From Trichosphaerium sp. ATCC 40318 (lineage: Eukaryota > Protista > Tubulinea): DNA of 64,000 bases. The DNA lies in NCBI GenBank assembly GCA_038496445.1, contig JALMLS010000414.1:124001-188000 (forward strand), written 5' to 3'. Below the pieces are notes generated by a model. The model did not search any database and was not told where the DNA came from. It was given only the letters and a program-made list of their open reading frames with translations. The position numbers and the translations under genes were made by a program. Positions 24,060 to 37,947 of the stretch are shown piece after piece (positions within the stretch are counted from its first letter, which is position 1; the number at the start of each line of letters is the position of its first letter).

Positions 24060-24670
24060 TAATACAGAAAAGCAGTTGTACAGTGGGATCTAAATAAACT
24101 TTTTTCGAAGAAAAAAAAAAACCTGTGTAAAACAGATTTCCAGCAAATAGTTGTGACTCTCAGTAAGATAGTAGAAATACAAACAAACGGTACCTTTCCG
24201 CCAGTAACACCATCAACAAACAACATTTTTTCTCCGTAGCACCATGTTAATGGCATCCTTCCCCTTTGAAACCTATCCAGCACAAACCTTCAACTCAAAA
24301 AGTCCTTTGTATTTGTTGTAGTGTCATTTCCTCTTCCACCTTTGGATCTAGACCGAACTTTAACACTGTGTACTTCTCACAACATAGAGACTATGTAGCT
24401 ATGTAACAAGGCATCTTTACTGCAGCCTAAACCAAAGCACTGATAATAGAAGCCAAGAGTTCAAATAATAAGATTTCAAACATCCTCGGGCTTTTCTTGA
24501 GTAAGTTTCGATTAGCTATTCGTTTAAAATTTTGCACCTTACAATTTCTTAATGTCATTAAGCCTTATTGTTATTTCCGATGAGTTATTATAAAAGACCG
24601 AAAGCCAACGATAGTGGCTAAAAAAAACATGAAAACAAAATGAGATGCAATAGCTTTATTCGTGTAGACG

Positions 24671-25862
24671 TCAATGTATTACAACGGAATCTGCCTGCTT
24701 GTAAGAGCGTACATAGTCTATTTTATACACTGAAGGTAATGTATCAAACGGAGGTAGACCGAAATACATTGTCTCTGAATCAAAATCCATGTGCAAAGGC
24801 CTTTCAAACAATTAACCAAAAAAAAAAATCAAAAAGCTTTAAAATCACTAAACTTGCTAGGTCCGAACGCACGTGTTAAAACAAGTATTTTCAACGGTTC
24901 TTACAGCTTTACCATCAATGTACCTTGGTTTGTGTTATTAATAAGTAGGAGGGTAGATAGAAACGATGAATCTTTCGCACCAAACAATTTTTTCTTTTGT
25001 CCATTCCAAAGCATAAACATGAAAATCGGAAGCCAATTTGAATGGTGTAGTGTAAACTAGATTCCCCTTTTAGTACTCAAAGAATCAATTTCGTGACTTA
25101 CGTCCGCCCCAGTTTTTCTTGTTTCCAGGAGGACATTGTGCGTGATAAGGGTTTGGAGAGTCAAACACGTGCAAATTCATATGAAACGAGTATTCTTGAC
25201 CAGGAGCACCAGCACCGAGTTCGAATACATCTATCTCTGTACCCCACCCATTATCATATTCCTTTCCTTTACTAAACCACCAAGAAGAAGAACCTATAAA
25301 CCAGTTAATTAGTCAAAAAAAAACCGAAGAAAGAAAAAAAAACTGCAGCGAACCTAAACTGTTCATAGGCTTCATTTTCATCTCAAAATATCCGTATGTA
25401 GTCCTCTGTTTGCTTTGTACTGCAGCAGATGTATAATTGTGGTACCCTGATGGTTCATTCGGTGGTGAAGCGTGTCTCATCGTGAGAGTTAACATGCCGT
25501 CCGTTACTTCAACATTTTTTGGATCAAACCAACTTGGCTCTCTTCCTTTAACCTCGTTAGAGTATTTGGGAGTGTTTTACGCTTTATACCTTCCCAGTTT
25601 GGGTTATAGTTATTCCTACAATAACAATAAGGTTATTTCAAAACAGTCCTTTTTGGCAAAACCGCACCATTTAGAAAAGTTAAAGCCATTGTCAAACTCA
25701 TCGGTCATTGCTTCGTATGGAACCCAGTTTCCTGGTGGCAACGCCATACAGGCTTTTTACAAAACAGGTTAGCTTTTAGCCACAACAAGTATTTTTTGAG
25801 TTTATCTCTATAGTAGTACCTATCAAATAAAAAGATAGGAGAATTGTTGCCGGCTTGTACAT
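24671..25862 (-). CDS. Secreted glycoside hydrolase family 16
   Basis: YTSAAVQS, YGYFEMKMK, catalytic EIDVFE (about 25220-25240) and C-terminal YKIDYVRSY, with a hydrophobic N-terminus. Confidence 0.85.
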
Positions 25863-26190
25863 GATTGCTATTCGTTAGAAAAAGTGTTTGACTTTTACAC
25901 GAAAATTATCACGTGATAATGCAATTTTAGAATATCATTGACTATTTACTCCTCAACCCGTTCTTTACAAAGGTTGCTACAGGTAAACCTTATTGATACC
26001 TGCATACAATAAAATTGTCTTTCTTTGTAACTACGGTCCGCTTTAACTCTTGATTTTGGCGATTTAAAACATTGTTAAACAGGTCTTCGATGTTTGGTAT
26101 TCGCAACAAAGTACTGGGTGGGAGCCTAAAGACTATGAGACAGAAAAAGAAAAGGTTCTAACTTTAATAGCAACCGTTCTTTAGGGTAAA

Positions 26191-27608
26191 ATGTGGCTTC
26201 TTTTTTTACTATTGTTCCTTACAAGTTGCTACGTACTGCTGAATAGTGGATGTATCTGCAATGTCTGGAAATGTTGTTTACGAAACTTCCGTGAGGAGCT
26301 ATTGTGCTAAGCTCCTTAGTAATAATCCCACTAAGTGTAGGACAATGATACAATTGAGTGGCAGCGTTTTAGGCTGAGTAAAAACACGTGCTTCGCCACG
26401 CGACAAAACAATTACCCGAGATGTTTCATAGAATTCCATAGTGGCTTAACAATGCCACGCGCAGATATAGTGCTAGCACACAACGTATGAAGCCATACAT
26501 TATCATAATAACCGCTTTATACTTTGCTACTGTAACATGTACGAACAACAATTGGTTGGTAGAGCTTACTGATTTTGTGTAAAATCTCAAGATAACTTTA
26601 CGACCCAGTAGCGTTATGTATATACTCCCTAACTCCAATGGGATTCCGATTTGTTGTGGAGTTGGTTCTCAGATACCTTTTAATTCTTCAGTACTATTGC
26701 AGTTTGATAACTTACCTGTACCGCCATCAGTAGATGTAAGAAATTTAGTAGTTTTTCAGTTTTTATTCTGATTTTTTTTTTTTTCAAGATTTTGTATACT
26801 TCGATTAAACAGGCAAAAAATTCCATGTACAAGTATTTTCGGTTTGAACGTTTTGAAATAACCATAATACTACTTGATTATAAATATAATGGACCAATCA
26901 AGTGTGATAACGTCTCATCTTTTGATTACTACAAATGGGATTTTGGTGATGATGTTGGTATATTGGTTCTTTCACTCTGTTGTTATTAATATTTCGTTGA
27001 AGGTCAATCAATAAGAAAAACAGAAAGACGTGATGATACTCGTGAATTTAGTGTTTCGTTTAACTGGTACTTACAAAACAAATTGGAGTAAAAGTACGAA
27101 TCATTGAACAAAAGTTCAAGTCAAAAAAAACATAAAGTTAACAAAAAGCATTAGGCTACCAAAAAGATAGCAATACTCTATTTATATTGAAGAGACCCCT
27201 CACTTTCACAAGTAATCCTAGAGTGGCTTGGGAGTACACAGAAGTACATAGGACTCCTTAATTTTGATTTTACTTAATTTTTCAAGGAACTTCCGAATCT
27301 GTATATTCAGTGGAAAGCGTTTCCAGCGGCACCAATAGCACCTACAAGTCCTTCAAGTTATAAAGGGTATGATTTGTTCTTCATTTTGTTGTTAATCCCT
27401 ATCGTGGGCATTGGGATTGGTTTGTGTTTTGTCTGTAGGCAAAAGTGTTGGCGTGCCATGCATAATCCAGCTGCTACAAAATCGCCAGAGATTGATCAAG
27501 AAATGTGTACGCTAAGATCACGCACGTGTCACCAGCTTAAACCTTACATGCTTAGCCGAACCAGTTCATTATGAAGATTCTCCTTATGATGAATCATCCG
27601 CAAGTTAA
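26191..27608 (+). CDS. Hypothetical single-pass membrane protein, multi-exon
   Basis: Signal-like MWLLFLLLFLTSC, Cys-containing exons, TM LFFILLLIPIVGIGIGLCFVC followed by basic residues; consistent splice sites. Confidence 0.5.
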
Positions 27609-27698
27609 AGCATATCAACAAAATCTCGCCTGAACAACAACTTTGATGCGGTTTTTTGTCAACACTTTTGTCAATGTTTCTTTATCAATTGTATTAAA

Positions 27699-28594
27699 AT
27701 GACAATGCCCTCAATCAGCTATGTCATGCCATTAATTGTGTTCGCCAAGGCCGCCAAAGTTGTGCTTTGCTTAGTTCAAGGTAGACTTTACAACGTACTC
27801 ACGTGCCTCTGAAACGCTCTAAGAACGTTTCTTTGAAAGATGTGGTTTTGTTAGCAAACAAGACATGCACGTGACAAGTTTTTCTCTGAATTTAAGCACA
27901 AAAACACTTCAACAAAATACACTACCATTAAGGTCCTTTTTTTAGCAGTTGATGGAGTTTTGAAGCTGTATACAAGCCCTGACGAATTCAATGCTGGGTG
28001 TTTAAAGCAATTAAAGAGAATAATCGGTAACGTAGTTTAAAAGCACTATTAACGCATTATCTTACCCCCATAGGTGCTACTGGGGCGTCTATTGTAGCTA
28101 CATGCTCTTCAAAGTACACAAACTATTCTTAACAGCAAAACTATACGTTTAACAGCGTACTAGATATGAGAAACCGCTTGTGGCCAAGCTTAACGCAGAA
28201 TTAACTAAAAATGGCATTCCGCAGGTAATAGCATGTAGTACGTATTACAACTTACTCTTCACGCTTAGACAATCGATAATACATCAGATGAAGCAGTTGC
28301 TGAAAACGAAGAGTATAATAAGTCGTTTCAAATCGGAGAATGGGTTTCGGAACACTCTGACGTGGAAGCTTGGGTTAGCTCTTTACTACCACTAGTGTTA
28401 TTGATTAGTGACACTCTGATTCTAGGTTTCTATTGATTGTATAGATCTTCCGCTGGATGATGGACACCTCATTAAGCTGAACAGCAAAAAGGGTGTCACA
28501 AAGTGCGTTTTTTTTTTGTACTTTTTTTTGATTGTTCGTTGATTTAGTCTTTAGAAAAAAAGCTGACAAGGTTATTGCATTGCTAACTGCTTAG
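27699..28594 (+). CDS. HAD-superfamily protein of the Swiss-Army-knife (HAD_SAK) type
   Basis: KVLFLAVDGVL..CLKQLKRII/GATGASIV..QIGEWV..W/VSIDCIDL..KKGVT..ADKVIALL matches the HAD_SAK_1 layout. Start exon uncertain. Confidence 0.65.
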
Positions 28595-29143
28595 AACAAT
28601 ATAATTGTATTGTAAATATCAAACTGAAAAATGAACAAATAAAGTAACAAAAGTAATTAGTAGCTAGTAACAATATTCTTATTTTCTTCTGCTGTGAATA
28701 TGAATCAGCTGAATTTCATTGGATTTGTGGATTTTTGGTTGACTAGAGTTTTAAAAAAAGACCATTCCTCTCAAGTGGCAACAACATAGGAGGTGCTATT
28801 GCCGTTACAACTAGCATTAGTTGCTATAGTTAGCGTTAAGCAATAAACAGTTGTTGAGTGTTCGATTGCAAACCTAATGTAATAAACAACATGGAAAACT
28901 AGGAGGCTTAAAAAGGTTAATGAAACAGTGTACGGTGTACATAACCTAGAAGTTATAGGACAAGCAGTGGAAATTAGAGTGTAAAATTAATAAGATAAGT
29001 CTTGTTAAGGAAACTCCCATTCACTTGTTACAAGTAACAGGTTGTTTATTTTTATGGTATCTAGAGCATCTTGTTTTCGTATCGGCAGTTGTCAGTCTTT
29101 AGACTTTATTGGTAATGTTGACTTTCATGAGATGCCAATATGC

Positions 29144-30334
29144 TTAATCACACTTTAAGATTATTTGATGGGCACCATCAAGTGCTTTGACAACTTCATT
29201 TGTAATACCTTTGCAATAACTAAGATCAATAGTATGAACGCCAGCAAGTGCTTTGATACCTTCATCTGTAATTTCATTGCAATAAGTAAGATCAATAGTA
29301 TGAACTCCAGCAAGTGCTTTGATACCATCATCAGTAATTCTAGTACATATGAGACATATATTATACACACCACCAAGCGATTTGACACCTTCATCTGTAA
29401 TACCTTTGCAATAACTAAGATCAATAGTATGAACGCCAACAAGTGATTTGACACCTTCATCTGTAATATGACAAGAACGTAAACAAATAGTATGAACTCC
29501 CGCAAGTGCTTTGACACCTTCATCTGTAACACTTTCACAAGAACGTAGATCAATAGTATGAACTCCAGTAAGTGCTTTGATACCTTCATCTGTAATTTCA
29601 TTGCAATAAGTAAGATCAATAGTATGAACTCCAGCAAGTGCTTTGATACCATCATCAGTAATTCTAGTACATCTGAGACCTATATTATACACACCACCAA
29701 GTGATTTGACACCTTCATCTGTAATACCATTGCAATAACTAAGATCAACAGTATGAACGCCAACAAGTGATTTGACACCTTCATCTGTAATATGACAAGA
29801 ACGTAAACAAATAGTATGAACTCCCGCAAGTGCTTTGACACCTTCATCTGTAACACTTTCACAAGAACGTAGATTAATAGCATGAACTCCAGCAAGTGAT
29901 TTGACCTTCATCTGTAACATTAAAACAACAACTTAAATTAATTGTATGAACTCCAGCAAGCGCTATTACACCTTCATCTCTTACAGCACCACACCCGGCT
30001 AGATCAATGTTACAAACACCAGCAAATCTTTGTAAAATACTAACACGCAATACAGGGAACCTGAGTTTGATTTTTGTATGCTGTAGAATGCTACTGTGTT
30101 TTAACAGTGCTGTTACTTCATATTCACGTGTAATCGTAACACTGTCATATCCAATAACATCATGAATGATAGAAGCAAAGAGATTACAGGTTTGGCAAGC
30201 TGAAAATCGTGATTTTGTCGTTTGACGTAAAATATAAGCCAAAATCTCTATTGGCAAGTCTAAGATGCGTGTCGGCGTGCTTGTGGGTAGTTAGAAGGTA
30301 TAGATGTTTATATTAATGTATACCGTTTATTCAT
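29144..30334 (-). pseudogene. F-box + LRR ('GVHTI' repeat) gene with a 2-bp deletion near 29905
   Basis: MNKR/(intron)/TPTRILDLPIEILAYIL..CQTCNLF. At 29901 the sequence is ttgaccttca, whereas sibling repeats read ttgacaccttca. Repeats resume in the 29144..29920 frame. Confidence 0.85.
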
Positions 30335-31273
30335 GGGGAATATACATTTTTGTGACATACTGCAGCTGTATACTATTTATTCTGTACTGTACACGTGTAT
30401 CAAACCAGTTTTTTGTACAATAGTCAACTGAGGTCTCAGGCTTTGAAAAATAAACATCGACCTCTGTTTTCACGTTATCCACGTGCGTGAGCGTTCCTTT
30501 GTCAAATGTATGGACATGGTTCTTCGAAGGATACGAACAAAGAAACAAAGTCATTAGCCGTATGTATTGCTAATAAACAATGCCAGGTACAGAAGCGGCA
30601 AACGTATGCAACGCAGTGTCAAGAGAATGGACAAATTGTATTGAAGTAAACAATTGCATCACAATAACAAATGGTACTTACGAGTACACCTGTGATTATA
30701 TTCGGCCTTATCATTCTCGGTTTTTTTATGTCTCATCTAGCATAGGATTAGGTAAGAAAAGCATCAATACAACGGATCCTCAGTTAACATTTTCTTCTCA
30801 CTAAATGGTATCAAAAAATGAAGTCTAGAACTCGTACATCTTTAACAAAACTGGGTTGGTGGTTATGTTCACAAGCATAACTGACAAATTACTTTAGTCA
30901 TTTTTCCTGCTCTGTAAACAGTAGCAAGAAGTTGACCAAACAAATTGTTGATACACTTTATCGATAGGGTAAGAGCAATAACAATAAAGCTTCACAAGAA
31001 TTTAAGCGCGACAAAAAAATGTTTTGAATCATTTTTTATTTTTAGGTTTTAATCCAACATTTTAAGTATACATGGGTCTTATGTACAGAAAAATACACGT
31101 GTTAACTTTATACAAGTGAAAAACGGAGGAGAGTCTAAGCCCATTTTTATGCCCTTAGTGTTTTTGTAGGACAGTAGTCAGGGTGTAGATTTTGTGGGAG
31201 TTTTTAAAAGTGAAAATTTCGTTTTAGTGTTATTTTTTTTTTTGTTTTCAGCAGGCTGGCCAGACTTGTGTTA

Positions 31274-33773
31274 TCAGAACGACGTTGTTTGTGAGTTTGT
31301 AACGTGCACTGTAGGGTATTTTTGGCGTAGTATAAGTACATCATCAAAATGTAGATCTGTACAAACCAACTGCCGAAGGTTTGGCATGGAACATAATCTA
31401 ATAGTTCCATTAGCGAAACGGCATCAAAAAAAAAAAGGTAAAAAAAATGAGAAAAGCTTGACAATCTCTATCACGTGATTATTTCGGGCGTTGAAAATCA
31501 CAAAGTTGTAGAGGCGTTTTGTTTCAAAGATGGGAAAGAAATTTTTAGAAAGAGATAACGTACTCATTGCATATCTTTTGTACATTCTCATATTTAACGA
31601 GATAAAGGTGAGGTAGTTTTAACGAGTTAATTTGTGGCATCTCGCTAATAAGCACGTGCAAAAAAGTTATAAACACATCGCCTTTCGCATCAGTGTTCTA
31701 AAAAAAATACAGTCAATACACTGAGACAATGACGAGAACATATTTTGAACAGAAGTAAAAAAACTGCAGAAAAATTTTGACGTACATCAACTGTCAAGTG
31801 TTGAACTGTGTTTAACTTGTATATATCTCTAAACTGGATACTGGAGCAATACTTGAGGTGAAGTGATCTCAGAGTATCTATCTTTCCTATGAGTCTCGCA
31901 TCATCGTCGTTCAAGTATGGCAAGCAAAGTTTTGTCAAGTTTGGCAAATTCTCCAAGTTCAAAAAATCTACATCTCCACGAAACTCTAACGTCTCAACTC
32001 CACGTAGCCCATAGTTATTATAAAAATTAACCACGCCACGTGTTTTTAATCCGGGGTAAAGAGGTCGATATATTGTCAGGTTCTAACAAAAATGAGTAAT
32101 CAAAGAAAGACAAAAAACCTGAAAGTTGACATTTTCTATTGAAGTAGCAAAATAAAAAAGTTCGTACCTTTGTGTTAAGGTGTCTTATGCAACTCAGAGG
32201 CACAGCACAAGGCATGAAAACGTAGTTACTTCTCATAGGAGTCATAACGCCATGTATATCTAGTCGGAGTCCTTGTAATCTTGTACATTGCTCTAAAAAT
32301 CGCCAATCGATGTGTTTAACATTACCAAGTGTTAAACCAACAGAAAGCGATTCCAAAGACTCAAAATGAGTCAACCGTGTCATCTGCCTCCAGTTTAATC
32401 CAGCAACGGATAGTTCTTTTAAGTTAACGCTTGATATACCCTTTAACGTGCTTGAAACGCAAACAAGACGTGTAAGGTTCCCAGTATGCGGTAAACGTGT
32501 CAAACTGTCATCTGTCATTTTTGAAATGTCCAAAGATTCAAGTCTTGTAAGCGTATCAAACTTCCTTGATAGGTGTATAGGACGCCATGAAGGTTCATTC
32601 TTAGAAATAAAGTTAATTAAGACTTTTTAGAAGTATAGGAAATGAAAAATACAACGGAGAAATTTTACGGAGGAATTATTGTATAATGAGAGATGTCGAG
32701 AAAATACGTATAAGTAAGAGAAAAATCAAAAAACAACCATGTGTTAATCACGTGAAAGCAGAATTTTCATCACGTGAAATTTTTTTTTTTTCAACGGCAC
32801 AAAAAAAAAAAGCAAAGATATTTCCAGATACTAGTTGTATTTAATAATAACAGATGCAAGAAAGTTCGAAGGACTTAAGGTGATAGTACAGAAGCAAATT
32901 ATCAAACTTTCCAATTTGTGTTTTGGCGCGTTTGAATTGCAAAAAATGTCTTTTAAGAACGCATTGCATTAAATAGTTTTGTGAATTATGGTTATTTTGG
33001 GTTATTAATAATTAAAAACAAGCGATTTTAAGGCGAATTTTCGATAGCTCTACGCAATAGAAGAAAAGAAAGAAAAAAAAAACCGCTGTGGTTTTTTTTT
33101 AATGTGTTTCATTTCGTACCTCTCCTATTGTATGAACTGAAAGCCGCTTTATATTTGTCATTAAAGCGCATTCTCTGCTTGTTATTGAATATACATGTAC
33201 TTGCTCAAGCTGAAGTTGTTCAAGGCTCCTACAAGCGCTTGTCACGTGTCCTAATATATTTACATTATAGTCTCCAGTTATCTTCACACTTCTTAGTCTT
33301 AGTTGTCCAGATATTGAGAAAAAAGCGTTTAATACGCGAGCCATAGCTGTTGTGTTTCTTGTTACTTTAAAGCTCAGCTCTAGTACTTGTAAAAGGCGGT
33401 ATCTTCTACTCCTGGGGAGTATGCATGTCGGTTCTACGCGTATAGATAGTTTTGTGTTGATTGATGTCACTATTGAGCTCCATTTCTTGCAAACAATACG
33501 CCAACGTGCCAAATCTGTTCTACTAGATTGCTTTCGTGCGCTTTTTGAATTTTGTAATTGTCCGTCAGAGTTTGAACTCATCAATAGCTTGAGAATGACC
33601 GCTACAAGCTCGCTTGGTAGCCAAGAGAACACAGAGAATGAGATTCTAGCATTTAAACGAGTTGGAGAAATTGCTAAACCGTTCGGTTGTTCTGGCGAGC
33701 CATATGAGTAGAAATCGGATAGTAACGGTCGTTTTGATGATTTAAAGTCGCCTTCGAGATATTGTCTCTTCAT
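31274..33773 (-). CDS. F-box/LRR protein, multi-exon
   Basis: FSWLPSELVAVILKLL..WRIVCKKWSSIV followed by irregular LxxLxL repeats across several exons. Confidence 0.7.
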
Positions 33774-34582
33774 TTGCTTTAAGTTTGATTAAAGTGCTCG
33801 TCGCGTTGTCAAGCGATAAAACACGTAAGTGAAATGATTATTAGATGAGATTCCCAACTGTACAAGCGTCTGTAACAATCGGGTATTGCAGAATTCATAC
33901 GACTCACCGTTTTGGGATGAATTAGTCCGCAAAACGCTTTGAATTCGCTAACCCGCTTTCGTCGTGTCAATCCGTAACGGCCTTTTCGATCCACTCAGAT
34001 TATGTAATACAGCCCTGATATGTATGATACGAGATATTACGCTGAAACTACAGCGTCATCCGGAGAAATAAAGCATTTACGTATAAGCTAACCGCCGATG
34101 GAGTATTCCGTTTTCACCGCTCCTGAGAAGCACGCGTCGCGTAAGAGCGACTTGGATTACTCCCTCACGCTACAAGTAAAAACTCGTAATAATTATTAAT
34201 CCGAGTTTATTCGCTTTACAAAACGTTTCTTTTAAAAAAGTGGTATGTTGCTACCTAGTATTCTTTTCGCCTTCACAATCTTATGTTATTAAATTACATT
34301 CCTTTTAAGGTGTAAGGAATGGTGTAAAGATTCCTAAAATTAACTCGTAGGTCTGCAACGTTACTTACCACAATAGAAGAAAAAGACGTAATAAAACTAT
34401 GCCATTACGTTGTCACTATGCGTTATCGGATTCGATACCAAGTGGACGAATACGCCAACTTTTTTTTGTACCGAAACATTTTCACACTTTTTAATTATTC
34501 AACTCCGCACTTCGTACCTAAGCTAGCTTCTCTATCGCTATACAGAGCACCTTGCATCTAGGGTATATACGAGGTTGGTAGT

Positions 34583-35560
34583 ATGTCCTCAGGTACGTTT
34601 ACGCTGATTTGCGGTTTTTAAGATTTTGTTAGGCGATTTCAGTGTTGTTGCTTTTGAGCTATGTGCTCTTCACGTAGCTCGCTTGAAAGTGATAATTGGC
34701 TCGCTGGGCGCTTTCTTAAAAATTGCTACTCTCATGCGGCTGAACGTGGCTATTTACGCCATAACGTCAAAGGGCATGCGGTATGCGCGTACTGATATGT
34801 CTATGCGCCTGAACCTAACATACTCAGGCTTGTTGCCTCTACCAAAGACTCTACACAGTGCACAGATCACGTAAAGTTAATACATGAGCGTATACTGAAC
34901 ATTGTAAACGAATTTTGTGACAAGCAGCCTCCAAAACAACCGCCATCATTGCCTGTAGCACTCGCGTCTTCTCTCAAAGGTAGCGTTCACGTTTACGCCA
35001 ACAGCTTACATATTTAGTTATTGCCGATTGGAATGCGTTAAACAATACACAGCGTCAAAGTAAGATAATCGTGATCACAACAACGCCATCTATGACAACT
35101 TCCGAGCCTAAACCTATACAATACTCTATATTGGCAGCAAACTCTAGCGTACGCATTACGTACCCTTTTCAACACCCAGAAACCGTTTTTTGTTTGACCA
35201 CATCAATAAAATCACACTATTCGTACACTGACAGTAGCAGAACATACCAGTGCATATTCTAGACTTGCATAAATCGCGTGATGATCCAATCGCCATAACA
35301 GAGCTTGAAGGTCTTAATAATCTCCACTATGTAAAAATAACGGATTCTAAAGCGCTCCCGCAATACTTGATGGTACGGTTTGAGTGAAAAGTTTTTCATT
35401 TTTTTTAGTTTTGTTTAAATTTTCTCACCTGGCTGCTCTAGGCGACAATATGTCATGACTCTGATAGTGTATTATAAAGAAAAAAATTATGCGGACCAGA
35501 CAACGACAAAGGCAAGCCTCAAGTCGCAGAAAGAAGTAAAATATTTCTTGAGTTTAAAAA
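34583..35560 (+). CDS. Hypothetical multi-exon protein
   Basis: ATG at 34583 with a GTACGT donor. The spliced frame reads MSSARLKVIIGSLGAFLKIATLMRLNVAIYAITSKGMR/LVASTK... Family not recognised; end uncertain. Confidence 0.35.
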
Positions 35561-35768
35561 ACGATTTTTTCACAAAATAATTTTTAATCGTCCATCACTC
35601 AGACCAATAGCTGCCAATATCCCTGTATGGGAGCCTTATAACATTCTCTTTACTGGTGAATTTTTTCAATCGTAACCCAGAGCGTATAGCGGTAATAAAG
35701 GTCTGTTTTTAATTTTTTTTATTGTTGATTTCTTCCAAAAAAAAACAAAGCTGTGTTAGTGTACGACT

Positions 35769-36468
35769 TCACCTACGATACTCCTTTGCCTCTGATTCTA
35801 CTCCTTCGTAGAATGCATGCTTGTACACTTTACCATCGTTTGTCCAAATATCATAAAACCCTACTCTCAGGCCATCTTTGTATTTGCCTTTTATTCTGCG
35901 TGAACCGTTTTTTTGCCAATTTTCGTAAGTCCCATCTTCTAGACCGTTTTTGTACCCACAACTTAGATGATGTTGCCCATTATCATACCAGCTGTCGTAT
36001 TTTCCGTGTAATCTGCCGTTTTCGTAATGTGATTTTTCTTTGAGCTGCCCAGACTTGTAAAACTCCTTGTAAGTGCCGTGCATCTCTCCTACTCTAAAAC
36101 AACCGCTGCATGACAATTGTCCGTTATCATACCACTCTTTGTAGTCTCCGTCGGGTATGCCGTCGCTGTAGATAGTGTATACTCTTAAAACGCCCTTAAC
36201 CCACTTTGGCCATTTTCCTGTTTTAACGAGTCCTCTATTGCTTATTATCAATTTACGCAATGCGAGGAGGCGTATTGTACGTACGTAGTGTACCGCGTAC
36301 AAGTCGCAGCAGTTTTAGATAAGATTGCGTATTTCGCGAATACTTCAGCGTCAATGGTGCTAATTTGTACCTTTTCTCGCTGAGTTATTGGTAAAATACA
36401 TTAGAGTGTACCTGAAGCTCGTTTGGTAGCGCCAGAATACTAGCTGATAGCTTGTCTTGCCTTGCCAT
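35769..36468 (-). CDS. F-box-like + MORN2 repeat protein, intron-containing, apparently intact
   Basis: MARQDKLSASILALPNELQ/VQISTID..YAILSKTAA then GKW and EWYDNGQL..GKYDSWYDNGQ repeats. Confidence 0.8.
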
Positions 36469-36816
36469 TGGTAGCACGTACTTTTTTAGACTATTTTCGG
36501 TTTTATTCGTTGTGCAACAAAACCGAAAAAGTTGACCTCCAGTGAACCTTTCGCAAAACCAATCGTGGATTTGCCAGACGAATTGCCATTGACTTTGTGT
36601 TAAGTTGTTTCTCATCACCCTTTTTGTTTCGTTAGGCTGTAGGAAGTTCTCGTGATCAATGCCTTAGGGCTATTTGTACTTATTACACTGTTCTCTTGTT
36701 ACAGTTTAACTCTAGACCAGACTTTGCTTGTCAAATGCTCAGAGTTTCAGAAAACGAATTCGTGTTGGTTCCAAAACTGGCGGTCTTTTGCCGTATTTGC
36801 TATTGTTCGTAAAGAA

Positions 36817-37947
36817 ATGGCTTCTGCTCTTGTATATTCTTTAGCTGTTGGTACACACTACTCCTACGCTTTACAAAACTACAAACAAATGAACGCTCCG
36901 CGTTAACATACTAATACGCTTTCTTTCCAGTATGTATGCTCTCAGTTGCATACGGAGATGGTCAGGACTACTGGACATCTCACTCGTTCCAAAGTACGTT
37001 AAAACGATGAATTTCGCTCTCTAATTACGTTTTAGAACCTATAGATTCGGATAACATTACTTTTAACGACAACGAAATTCTGGGTGAGCAAGGTTTTGCG
37101 TTTAGTTGCGATCGCAAACTTTTTTCTTGAAGTCAGAAAATAACAAATCATGATAGAATATCATTTTCACGTTTATTGGTTCCAACAAAACAAACATAGT
37201 ATAAATGAAGCTATGCTTCTAAGAAAGAAACTATTGAATGCAGTTGGAGAAGGACAATTTATTGCTATTTTCCCTGGTGTCACTGATGCACTTGTTCGTA
37301 AGTGTTCCTTCTTCAGTTTTTTTCATCTCTGTACTTTTTTTTTTGACATAATTTTTCAGCGAAGCTTAACAATAGCAATGTAAGACCTATTCGTAGTGAA
37401 CCGTATGGACCACATCCTTGTGGTTCTTTTGAAGTTTGGGTGCCAAAAGAGTACCTTTCTCCAGTACTATCGTTTTTTATGGTACGCAAAGATGATTGTT
37501 TTCTTTTTTTTTTTTTCAGTATTTGAAAAAAATTGATCGTGAGGGCACTGCTTGTAGCTTTGATTGGAGTATAAATCTATGGAAATATTCTCTTTTATTA
37601 TATGCGAACGCGAGTATAAAAGATACACTGATACAACTGCAGCCGCAACTGTTGTTGCCATTGTTTTCAACTTCTAATATTCGCTGTTGTTTTGTTTACT
37701 GTTATTACAGATTAATCGTGGTGGGCTTACTATCTTGCACCATCCTCTATCAAGACATGAGATTGAAGATCATACTGGACGTACTATGTGGCTTGGTGCT
37801 CCTTATAGGTATACTATATAGTCATGTTATTACACGTTTTACTTACTTGATACAAGAATGGATTTAACAGTATTGAAAGAAGATATTGGTTTCCCACCTC
37901 TTGAGTATCCAGAGTTATGTTTGGGGTATGTAATTAACATTTATTGA
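36817..37947 (+). CDS. DOPA 4,5-dioxygenase family protein with a predicted signal peptide
   Basis: EYHFHVYW, EPYGPHPCGSFEVW and NRGGLTILHHPLSRHEIEDHTGRTMWLG. Confidence 0.85.

Noticed and set aside
29161-29895. Alternative-frame and antisense ORFs over the LRR array (MKVSKHLL repeats)
   Set aside because: Shadow frames produced by the repeat periodicity.
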